Assembly: GCA_029558515.1 (NCBI GenBank)
Contig: JAKQEM010000032.1
Span: 3,987-67,986 of the forward strand
Origin: a bacterium
GTDB lineage: Bacteria; Patescibacteriota; Gracilibacteria; Peribacterales; Peribacteraceae
Length of the DNA: 64,000 bases
Direction of reading: 5' to 3'
The notes beneath the pieces were generated by a model. That model searched no databases, had not been told where the DNA came from, and saw only the letters and a list, made by a program, of their open reading frames with translations. Both the position numbers and the translations under genes were made by a program. The first letter of the stretch is position 1; every line of letters starts with the position of its first letter. Of this stretch, positions 10,189-18,534 are shown piece by piece.

Positions 10189-11754
10189 TTAGAATTCCAT
10201 ACCGAGAATGTCCTCGCCGCCGCCATCGCGGTCGCCGCTATGATCGGGGTACATGAATTTCTCCCATGCCGATTTGCCGTAGGATTTGGTCAATCCTTTG
10301 TTGAGTTCGCCGATGCTGATCGGTCTCCCGCGCCCCTTCATTTCCAGCATGGGCAAAATGAGGATGGCGAAGGCGTCCGCGAGGTCGTCATAGCGCTCAT
10401 TGCCGAATCCCACGAGCTGCTCGATCAGCCGCTCGCAGCCGGTCACAGGGAACTTCACGCGCCCGGCTTGGATCAGATGGGAGGCAAGCGCGAGGCGGCT
10501 CCGCTTGTCTTGACCCTTCGTAGGAACGCCCGTTGCGGGGAATCCGACGGCATCCAGTTGCTCGATGAGCCCGCGCTGGAAACCGACATCCTCAATGAAC
10601 AGATCCGTTTTTTCGCCGCCGCCGAGCACGAGCGATACGGATTTCGCGCGCTCAATTGTTTCGAGGAAGCTCAAGTGCTCATTGACGGGGTTCGGGAGAA
10701 TGTAGATTTCCATGTCCTCGCCATACCCGTACATCCGTCCCGACACCATCGCGGTATTATCCGCGCCGTCCTCCTTCGAGATCGCAGGATCGATGCCCGT
10801 GCCAATCGTGCGGAAGGGCAGCGTGTCCTCATCGGGAAATTCGCCGTAGTACGTGATCCACGACGGATGGATAAGCCTCTCCAAGTCGGGAATGATCCGC
10901 AGCATGTATTCGCGTTGCCATGCCGCCTCGCTTCCCACCCGTTGCCGCTCGGCTTCGATGGCGGCGAGCGTCGGGTACTTGCCCGGCCAGAGTCGCTTTC
11001 CTTGGGCATCCATGATCGGGTACTCACGGAACGCGCCCTGCATCGCGCCACTCGCGATCTCGCGCTGCAATCTGCGCAGCAGGCAGTCTTCGTGCAAGAG
11101 GTTTCCGACGAAGACGATACGCGTGAAACGGTCGCCCGCCGGAATCAGTTCGCCCTTCACCCAGCTGTAGGTCTTGTCCCTTCCTTCGCGGGTTTTCACC
11201 GACTGCAAGTCCTCGATGTCGTCGCAAATGATGAGGTCCGGGCGGTACTCCTTGTGCCGAAGTCCGCGCACCGACTGGTCGATACTGACTGCCATGATCT
11301 TTGCGCTGTAGTTGCTGATCACAAGGCAGGAGTTGCGCCATTCGTCCTCCTCTTCCCGGAACGGTCCGAGGTCACCTCGAAGCAGCGGATTATTCTCCAG
11401 TTCCTCCTTGATATTTTTCAGGTGTTGCCGCGCTTGGGCTTGCGTCTGTCCGACAAGGAGGATGAACTTCTTGCCCGGCTTTCCGAGGATCGACCAGAGG
11501 ACGTAGGACATGTTCATGATCGTCGACTTGGCGGAACCGCGGAACGCGGTGATAACGATCGTCTGCAATGCGCCACTTTCGGTCATCCGGAACATCTCCT
11601 TCTGGAACGCCGCCGTCCTGTACTTCACGTAATGGTGGAAGTAGCAGTGAAAGAAGAGGTCATGACGCTCCTGCGTCACGCGCCTCCGGATTTTTCTGTC
11701 ACGCAGCATCAGCTGCAGGAGCTTCTGCTCCGGGGAGGGGTTCTCCTTTTGCAT
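10189..11754 (-). CDS. Terminase large subunit-like protein, copy B
   Basis: AFRGSAKS, LIICDDIED, GIDPA...YDDLADA; colinear paralogue of copy A; start placed at ATG 11754. Confidence 0.85.
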   Translation of the reverse strand: MQKENPSPEQKLLQLMLRDRKIRRRVTQERHDLFFHCYFHHYVKYRTAAFQKEMFRMTESGALQTIVITAFRGSAKSTIMNMSYVLWSILGKPGKKFILLVGQTQAQARQHLKNIKEELENNPLLRGDLGPFREEEDEWRNSCLVISNYSAKIMAVSIDQSVRGLRHKEYRPDLIICDDIEDLQSVKTREGRDKTYSWVKGELIPAGDRFTRIVFVGNLLHEDCLLRRLQREIASGAMQGAFREYPIMDAQGKRLWPGKYPTLAAIEAERQRVGSEAAWQREYMLRIIPDLERLIHPSWITYYGEFPDEDTLPFRTIGTGIDPAISKEDGADNTAMVSGRMYGYGEDMEIYILPNPVNEHLSFLETIERAKSVSLVLGGGEKTDLFIEDVGFQRGLIEQLDAVGFPATGVPTKGQDKRSRLALASHLIQAGRVKFPVTGCERLIEQLVGFGNERYDDLADAFAILILPMLEMKGRGRPISIGELNKGLTKSYGKSAWEKFMYPDHSGDRDGGGEDILGMEF

Positions 11755-12202
11755 GGGAAGAGGGGGAAGAAAGTGAAAGATCCTCATCGGTAATGGAGGC
11801 AAGTCGCAGGGCTTCGGTGATGGCGGCTTCCTGCTCGGGCGTGAGCGCGTCGTTCTCCTGTTTGATCCGTGCCGTCACCTCGAGCTTAGAGTTGTAGTTG
11901 GGGTTTCTGTGCTTAAGCCAGTACGTAATAGCGCCGAGGTTGCCGTCGCGGATGAAGGTCAGAAGCTGGCTCTCGGCCATGTCGTTCACGAGCGCGGTGC
12001 CATGCTCGAGCGCTTCGTCTGCGGCCTTGGCGAACTCGGGATCCTCCTGTCGCCAGCGGTAGTATGTGGGGCGGCTGACACTTGTCTTCTCGCACGCGGC
12101 GGAAACGATGGGAATTTTCTTGAGCTGCTCGAGGAGCAGCGCCTGCTCTTGGACTCTCCGCGCCTCCACCGTGGCCTTGTGCTTGTCGTGGCGGTTGTTC
12201 AT
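11699..12202 (-). CDS. Terminase small subunit-like HTH protein
   Basis: IVSAACEKTSVSRPTYYRWRQEDPEF...AITYWLK; directly upstream of and overlapping TerL. Confidence 0.7.
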   Translation of the reverse strand: MNNRHDKHKATVEARRVQEQALLLEQLKKIPIVSAACEKTSVSRPTYYRWRQEDPEFAKAADEALEHGTALVNDMAESQLLTFIRDGNLGAITYWLKHRNPNYNSKLEVTARIKQENDALTPEQEAAITEALRLASITDEDLSLSSPSSHAKGEPLPGAEAPAADAA

Positions 12203-12972
12203 CGTTTAACGGGGGGATGGATAATGGCCGGGGCGATGCCCGTCGCTTTCTCGAAGCGTTCGCAGATGACACAGCAGTAATCGGGGGAAAGCTCGATGCC
12301 GATGCAACGGCGTTTCGTTTCCTCGCAGGCGATCATGGTTGATCCTGACCCGAGGAAAGGGTCATAGACGAACTCGCCGATCCGCGTGCCGTTGAGGACG
12401 AGGCGTCGCAGGAGCCCCACGGGCTTGCAGGTTGGATGGAGCGGGCTGCGGGCGGGCTTTGGATGCACGAGGACGCTTCTGTCGGCGGAGCGGATGCGTT
12501 CATGTGCGCCGTGCCAGCCGAAAGCAATCAACTCATGCTGAGGATGGTGGTCGAGCCGTCCGGCGATCGGCTGGGTTTTGACCCACACAAGCAACTGCGA
12601 GAGCCGGAACCCGGCGTCGGTCATCCCGTCGCGCAGCGCGAACACCATCCGGTCGGCGTTGAAGCAGTAGAGGATATTCTTGGGGCTCAGGTGCGTCTTC
12701 ACCGCCTCCAACCACATTGCGGTGAACTGGCGGTACTCGCTGTCGCTCTGCAGATGATCGTTCTTGATATCCGCATGCCGTTTTTTGTGCCCAGCGAATT
12801 TCTCCTTCGATGCGACGTAATCAATTCCATACGGAGGATCCGTCAGGATTTGGCGCACCTTCGCCTTGCCGATGATCTTCTTCACGAACGCGGCATCGGT
12901 GCTGTCGCCGCAACCGAGAACGTGATCTCCGAGCCGCAGGATCGTGCCCGTGGTGATATGAAGTTTCTTCAT
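12199..12972 (-). CDS. DNA methyltransferase (N4/N6 family)
   Basis: LTDPPYG, HPTCKP, YDPFLGSGST. Confidence 0.88.
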   Translation of the reverse strand: MKKLHITTGTILRLGDHVLGCGDSTDAAFVKKIIGKAKVRQILTDPPYGIDYVASKEKFAGHKKRHADIKNDHLQSDSEYRQFTAMWLEAVKTHLSPKNILYCFNADRMVFALRDGMTDAGFRLSQLLVWVKTQPIAGRLDHHPQHELIAFGWHGAHERIRSADRSVLVHPKPARSPLHPTCKPVGLLRRLVLNGTRIGEFVYDPFLGSGSTMIACEETKRRCIGIELSPDYCCVICERFEKATGIAPAIIHPPVKR

Positions 12973-14255
12973 GGGTGTTTGAGGGAAGGGGCAATGCAGA
13001 GCGCCTTCGCGCGCTCGACGATGAGGTCGCAGAAAATTGGCTCGACTTCACACAGGAACGCCCGACGCTTCATCTGATGGCATGCCGCGAGCGTCGAACC
13101 GCTCCCGGCGGTGGTATCAAGAACGATATCCCCGGGCTTCGTGCAGCGCCGGAGCGGCTTCTCATGCAGGGAAGGGGGTTTCTGCGTTGGGTGCTGGTAC
13201 TCGCTCGAGTGCAGCCGCTGGCACGCCCAAATCTGAAAGAGGTCGAAGAGATCGTCTATCTGCCGCTTGCCCGATCCCACCTCTTTATCCAGAATTTCGG
13301 AGAGGTTCACGTTCGTTGGATGGAGGTAGGGCTTGCCCACGGTGCCGTAAACCGCGATCTCCATGCATTTGTTAAACGCGATCTGAGGCGTGAGGGAGAA
13401 GTTGCCTTTCACCCACGCGCACAGGCGGCGGTGCGTAATTCCTAGCTCCCTATAGAGTTCCTGCACGATCCATACCCAGTTCTCATCGCACCACAAAAAG
13501 CAGTGGGCATCGTCGTGCGCGGCTGCGAGCGCGTTGCTGAGGATCGCCTTCAGGAACGCCCGGTATTCCTCCTCACCCTTGGCATCATTGGTCTTGCCGC
13601 CGTAGCGCATGACGCCGCCGAGTCCTTTGTCGTAGGAAAGTCCGATGTTAAAAGGAGGGTCAATGTAGAACATTGATGCCTTGTGCTTCCCCATGAGCGT
13701 GCGGATGGCGGCGGGGTCGGTGGCGTCGCCACACAAAAGTCTATGGGGTCCGAGTTCCCAGAGATCCCCGGGCTTCGTCTTGGGTTTCTTGATCTTCTCC
13801 AGTTCCTTCTCGACGTCGAAATCGTCATCCTCCGTTTCGAGGAGACCGTCCCACGCCGCCGCCAGTTCGTCGGAGGTGAAGCCGGCGTCAAGGAGGAGAT
13901 CCGAACCGAACTCTTTGAGCGCTTCCCAGTCCCACTCTCCGGTCGAGCGATTGAGCCGGAGGTTCAATTCCTTCTCCCGTTCGATACTCGGAATGTGGAC
14001 GTACACCACGGGCACCGTCTTCATCCCGAGCCGCTTTGCCGCTTCGAGTCGCATGTGCCCGCCGATGACGACGTTCTTGCGGCTGGGAGCGCCATTCACG
14101 ATCACGGGATCGACGAACCCGAACCGTGAGAGACTCTCCATCAGTGTTGCAAGCTGCCCCTCGTTCCACTTGCGGGGATTGTAGGTGGCGGGACGCAGCG
14201 ATCCGATCTGCTCCTGTACGATGGTGAGTGCGGAAGAATGTTTGCGCGGAGGCAT
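12969..14255 (-). CDS. ParB-like N-terminal domain + DNA methyltransferase fusion
   Basis: YNPRK...FGFVDPVIV...GGHMRLEAAK (ParB/Srx); YIDPPFN, HPTQKP, DTTAGSGST. Confidence 0.88.
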   Translation of the reverse strand: MPPRKHSSALTIVQEQIGSLRPATYNPRKWNEGQLATLMESLSRFGFVDPVIVNGAPSRKNVVIGGHMRLEAAKRLGMKTVPVVYVHIPSIEREKELNLRLNRSTGEWDWEALKEFGSDLLLDAGFTSDELAAAWDGLLETEDDDFDVEKELEKIKKPKTKPGDLWELGPHRLLCGDATDPAAIRTLMGKHKASMFYIDPPFNIGLSYDKGLGGVMRYGGKTNDAKGEEEYRAFLKAILSNALAAAHDDAHCFLWCDENWVWIVQELYRELGITHRRLCAWVKGNFSLTPQIAFNKCMEIAVYGTVGKPYLHPTNVNLSEILDKEVGSGKRQIDDLFDLFQIWACQRLHSSEYQHPTQKPPSLHEKPLRRCTKPGDIVLDTTAGSGSTLAACHQMKRRAFLCEVEPIFCDLIVERAKALCIAPSLKHP

Positions 14256-14338
14256 GGGGCGTTTGGAAAACTGCCCACGTTATATGGAAAAAATCGTGGC
14301 ACGGATGACGGCCCTCACAGGTGCCATTGTGCTCCCAC

Positions 14339-15478
14339 TTATTTTGTTTTCTTCCTCCTTTTTGGCTTCCTGTTCAAATTTCTCAGTTTATCAGAACACT
14401 CTTCTCTTCCGCAAGTCTCTTGGTTCGGTCTGTTCTTTCTGGGGATGAAGGCACGATGGCAGAAACGGCAATGCGGTCCTATCCAGCTTCCGACAATGTC
14501 TTGCACGGTCACGACTTCGCCCGTGATGAAGTACAGAAACCAGTTCAAAATCCATATCATGTGATTCGTGTCTTCGGCTTTCACAAGGGCGGTGTCATCG
14601 AGATTCCGCAAATACACCCTGCTGCTCTCACGAGAGATAGTTCCTTCATTCAAATGGCTCTGTTGCGCCAGCCAGAAGCGCCAATGTTGCACTTCCTGCA
14701 CGGTGAACGAATGTTTCTCCAACAATTGTCGCGCCTCTTTTTCCAAGCGCGGCTGCTCATGCAGCTTGTAATATGATTTCAACTCGCCCCTCAGCCCTTT
14801 TTTGTCTTTCTGGTAGTCGGGCAATAGTTTTTCATATTGCTCTGTCATCCGTCCGCTGGATATGTCCTTCAATCCCTCCACCTCAACGTACAGACGAAGA
14901 AAATCATTCAGCTCCGCCAATCTCTTTTTCATATGAGAGCGTATGGATCGTTTCTCCTTCGGGAAAGCGAGCGCTTCCTTTTCGTGCTTCAGGATAATTT
15001 TCACTGCCAGCATCTGGCGCTTGTCGTAGAGCAACTCGAAGTTTCCCTCGAGCAATTTCTTATTCGTGGTCCATCCGCCGACGTGCGGACGCGCTTTCCA
15101 TCGAAAATATTTCTTCGTCGAAGGAAAATCGTACTCATTCGCGTGCCAGCGGTCGAGCCAGTCACCACCCATCCACAGGGATTCCATGTCATACCATTTC
15201 TTGCGATCAATCTTCATCGGCTGAAATTTCTCGAAATCGTGAGGATAAATCCAAATCCACTGGTCGCGCCCTTGATGATGGGTATAGATGCGGGCGTACT
15301 CCACGATGCCAAGGAAGAGACGCAGCGCCGGATACAGCAGTTTCTGCTTGTGCCACTCTTGCAGGCGTTTTTCACTGATGCGCAGATTATTTTTGTCGCA
15401 GTAACTCACGAACGAACTCTTCGTCAGAAGTGTTGATTGGCGGAAAGCCGGTTGAGTGTCGGATGTTGGGAGTTTCAT
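14339..15478 (-). CDS. Hypothetical protein, possible N-terminal HTH and C-terminal Cys zinc finger
   Basis: 379 aa; C-terminal CRFC...TCGREEC followed by a basic tail. Confidence 0.6.
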   Translation of the reverse strand: MKLPTSDTQPAFRQSTLLTKSSFVSYCDKNNLRISEKRLQEWHKQKLLYPALRLFLGIVEYARIYTHHQGRDQWIWIYPHDFEKFQPMKIDRKKWYDMESLWMGGDWLDRWHANEYDFPSTKKYFRWKARPHVGGWTTNKKLLEGNFELLYDKRQMLAVKIILKHEKEALAFPKEKRSIRSHMKKRLAELNDFLRLYVEVEGLKDISSGRMTEQYEKLLPDYQKDKKGLRGELKSYYKLHEQPRLEKEARQLLEKHSFTVQEVQHWRFWLAQQSHLNEGTISRESSRVYLRNLDDTALVKAEDTNHMIWILNWFLYFITGEVVTVQDIVGSWIGPHCRFCHRAFIPRKNRPNQETCGREECSDKLRNLNRKPKRRKKTK

Positions 15479-15607
15479 GTGGGAAGCAGTATAGATGTCA
15501 TATATCCGTACGTGCCAATTGTGGCGAAATTCTGCATTTCACACGGGTTTTCAGTTCAATTCTCTGAAGATTTATGGTAAAATATATAAAGGAATTGTAA
15601 ATGCCCT

Positions 15608-18505
15608 ATGCCCACTCCACGATCGACTCCCGGCGATGACCCTATCAAGCAAGATCCTAAGGAGAATCCGGAATTTGAAGCGCCTGAAGAAGTCGTGGGA
15701 GGTCAGGGTATAGAAACGACGCGTGAGGATATTTCTTCCAGGGCAAAAGAAGCTGTGGAATTGCCAGCTGATCGCACAGTCCTTGATGTACCCATTGAAT
15801 TCTGCGCAGAGGGCAGACGAATCGAAACGCTGAATCGCGGCGGCGCGTATGTTGTGCGCGTGAATGCCGCTCGCTTCCGAAGCCGCGAGGAAGCCGAGCG
15901 GGCGGGTATCGTCCAAGCCGCTTACCTACGCTCATTGCGCGACCATTTACAGACAGAAACCGGCAAGGCATTCGAGGCGCTGCAATCTTTCGGCTCGGCT
16001 GCACACAGCGCGTTGCGCCTGAAAGGAGTAAAAACACTCTCGGAATGGGAAAAAGAGGAGGTATCGGCTCTCAGGCAGCCATCTCAGACGCCCCTCACGC
16101 TCGCGCAAGTATTTGACCGAAGCGTTGAGCGCTACATCCTGACGGGAGAGATGCCGCAGGATATTCCAAATGAAGTGCGCCGAGCGCTCGAAAAAATCCC
16201 CGGACGACAAGGCAAGAGCGCTCTTGATTTCATCGCGCAGGAAAGCCGCTCACTCCGGAGCAGCGCAAAACTCTACGAAGAACATATCGTTCCTCTCCGC
16301 GACAATCTGAAGGCGGAGGATGGCGAGAAACGTATGACCGAGCGCGATGACTACGTCCCGCCGAACTTCAAGGGTGAGCAGGAACCGCTCGATCCGGAGA
16401 GCGTGCGGTGGAGGGTCGAGCCGTTCGTCGGCGGTTATTATCGCCAGCAACTCTACCGGTACGATCCGGCTGCGCAGAGAATCGTTGCGGAGCCGACCGA
16501 GAAAACGGAGTTTACGCTCAACGATCCTCCCGAGGACATTGATGAATTGCCGCTCTATACGTTTCACGGTGTCTACGTCCCCGGCGAGGAGAATCGTATT
16601 CCGTTTCCAGAAAAGGGATTGCCTCTTCCGGATTCCCTGAATCCGAAGGAAGCATTCATACTTATGCGGAGTTCTGCGGGTGTTTTCTCTCTTGAAGAAA
16701 GGCAGCAGGGAACGGCGGCGGAACCGGTACAATATTCATTCAATTTTGTCCTCGCTCGGAGCAGCGATAACAGGATTGATGATGAACCGACTGACGCGGA
16801 TCTCCTCACTATCGATGGTCCGCTTGATGAAACCGCTGAAGAATTGATTGCAGGCCTGAAACAGAATGCCTTTCTGAATAAAGCGGATCGAGGGCGATCC
16901 CTCGTCTTTGCCACTCGCAAGCAATTTGTGTATCCGAAGGATGAGGAAATGTCATCGATGGATGAACGGTATCGGGCTGCCGGAATGAATTTGCATCATG
17001 AAATGGCGGATTTGAAGCTCGCCGACTGCCACTGGAGCAATATCCGCGCGTCCGATCTCGGGCGTAGGCTGGAGGTCCCCATGCGTACACCGAGCGGCTT
17101 TTTCGTGACCCGCCATCCCGATGTAGATTTTGCTCCTATTGGCGGTATTGGTCATGCATGGAGCGAGCGGTGGGACGAAACGTCACGGCAATGGATTCGC
17201 ATGGACGCTACCCCGCCGAAACAGGACGAGGATGAAGAGGAAGACGAGAATGACGAAGATCAGCCCGCTTCAGCTCCAGCGGCTGCGGGTGAAAGAGAGA
17301 CAAAGGTCGGCGTGAACGATGAAGAAAATGAGATAGAAGAAAGTGGTGTGCTCGAAATGAACGAACAGGAAATGGAGCGGCTCCTAGAACTCGTAACGCG
17401 CTCCGGCCCTTCGGCGGAGGAAGTAGCGGATGCGCTTTTCCGCGAGCGCACAAATGTTTCGGCGTCCGATTGGAAGAAGGTGGAAGGATTTGTCGAAACC
17501 GTGAACGCCGGCAAAGTACCGGAGGAGTCGCAGATTCCCGAAACACCGGACATGTTGCGGCATTTCCGCGACCGCATTACGGCTCCCAAGGGAACGCTCG
17601 AGCGAGAATGGCAAAAACTCTTCTGTCTTATCTGCACGCACCGCTTGGTCCACCGTCGCAAATTCCCCGGCAACGTCCGTCAGAGCGAAAGCACGACGGG
17701 ATTGGAAAACCCCGTCGATGCCTACATCGACATCATGGCCGACGAACCAGATCCGATGGGATTCGGGATCGATACGAGGAGGCCGGAGACCATCCTCGAC
17801 GTGAAGGCATTCGAGGAGGATTCCCTCGTCGATCTCACGTCGTCCATGAACGATACGGACGGCTACGGCAATGTGATGCGCGTCGAGCAGAAAAAAGTGG
17901 TGCTTTCGCTTCTCTATCATCTCATGGAACTGAACGCGGAATTGAACGATTCACGCGTCCGATCCCAACTGCGCACGCCACTCAAGATCCGATCCGAGGT
18001 CTACTCCATCCATGGCCAAGGCAAGAAGAACCAAGGCCAATTCGCGCGTCTCAAAGGGGCTGAAGAAGACATCACTGAAGCGGCGCTCGTGCATCTTGCG
18101 CGGGAACTCGATCAGACGACGCCCGGCGCGGGCGACTTCCTCAGCGCGTTACGCGCATACCGCGAAGGGTTGTCTCCGGAAACTCTGGAGCGTATTCGTT
18201 CGGGGGAACTGGTGAAAATGCTTACAATCTATTCCGATGGCAATCACTGGTGCAGCAACTGCGGCTCCGAATCCTGCAATGTGCAGATCCACGCGGAGCG
18301 TGTACGTGCCGCGCAGGAGGAAATTCGTGCCATCCGCGACCTCGGTATTATCGTGCAGGGAATCGGTTTCACGAAGAAAGCGGAGGCGATCAAGCTCATG
18401 TGCCAAGACCCGAAGGAACCCGGCGGTGCAGTTGTCGTCAATGACGTTTCCAGAGCCATTGCTGCCAGACACGCGATGCTGACAAAGCATTTGCAAAAAC
18501 TATAA
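15608..18505 (+). CDS. Transglutaminase-like (Cys-His-Asp) domain + C-terminal vWA domain protein
   Basis: LADCHWSN ... GHAWSE ... WIRMDATP triad; acidic linker; vWA MIDAS-like VDLTSSM, LTIYSDG, IIVQGIGF. Confidence 0.8.
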   Translation: MPTPRSTPGDDPIKQDPKENPEFEAPEEVVGGQGIETTREDISSRAKEAVELPADRTVLDVPIEFCAEGRRIETLNRGGAYVVRVNAARFRSREEAERAGIVQAAYLRSLRDHLQTETGKAFEALQSFGSAAHSALRLKGVKTLSEWEKEEVSALRQPSQTPLTLAQVFDRSVERYILTGEMPQDIPNEVRRALEKIPGRQGKSALDFIAQESRSLRSSAKLYEEHIVPLRDNLKAEDGEKRMTERDDYVPPNFKGEQEPLDPESVRWRVEPFVGGYYRQQLYRYDPAAQRIVAEPTEKTEFTLNDPPEDIDELPLYTFHGVYVPGEENRIPFPEKGLPLPDSLNPKEAFILMRSSAGVFSLEERQQGTAAEPVQYSFNFVLARSSDNRIDDEPTDADLLTIDGPLDETAEELIAGLKQNAFLNKADRGRSLVFATRKQFVYPKDEEMSSMDERYRAAGMNLHHEMADLKLADCHWSNIRASDLGRRLEVPMRTPSGFFVTRHPDVDFAPIGGIGHAWSERWDETSRQWIRMDATPPKQDEDEEEDENDEDQPASAPAAAGERETKVGVNDEENEIEESGVLEMNEQEMERLLELVTRSGPSAEEVADALFRERTNVSASDWKKVEGFVETVNAGKVPEESQIPETPDMLRHFRDRITAPKGTLEREWQKLFCLICTHRLVHRRKFPGNVRQSESTTGLENPVDAYIDIMADEPDPMGFGIDTRRPETILDVKAFEEDSLVDLTSSMNDTDGYGNVMRVEQKKVVLSLLYHLMELNAELNDSRVRSQLRTPLKIRSEVYSIHGQGKKNQGQFARLKGAEEDITEAALVHLARELDQTTPGAGDFLSALRAYREGLSPETLERIRSGELVKMLTIYSDGNHWCSNCGSESCNVQIHAERVRAAQEEIRAIRDLGIIVQGIGFTKKAEAIKLMCQDPKEPGGAVVVNDVSRAIAARHAMLTKHLQKL

Positions 18506-18518
18506 AATAGTGTATAAT
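18491..18518 (+). promoter_or_regulatory. Putative sigma70 promoter for the AAA-VR gene
   Basis: TTGCAA-N16-TATAAT ending 16 nt before ATG 18535. Confidence 0.45.
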
Positions 18519-18534
18519 TATTAGAAACTATCCT

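Larger units (their letters stand above)
1..15500. mobile_element. Integrated element (recombinase-terminase-methylase core with defence cargo); boundaries uncertain
   Basis: Co-oriented, partly overlapping MTase-MTase-TerS-TerL-TerL-recombinase genes plus R-M and HEPN cargo; no att sites identified. Confidence 0.55.

Noticed and set aside
8374-11793. Long plus-strand ORFs (376 and 539 aa) opposite the terminases, and similar ones such as 52284-53885
   Set aside because: Antisense shadows of GC-rich genes; no motifs.
7161-14255. Complete prophage
   Set aside because: No portal, capsid, tail, lysis or replication genes are visible in the window.
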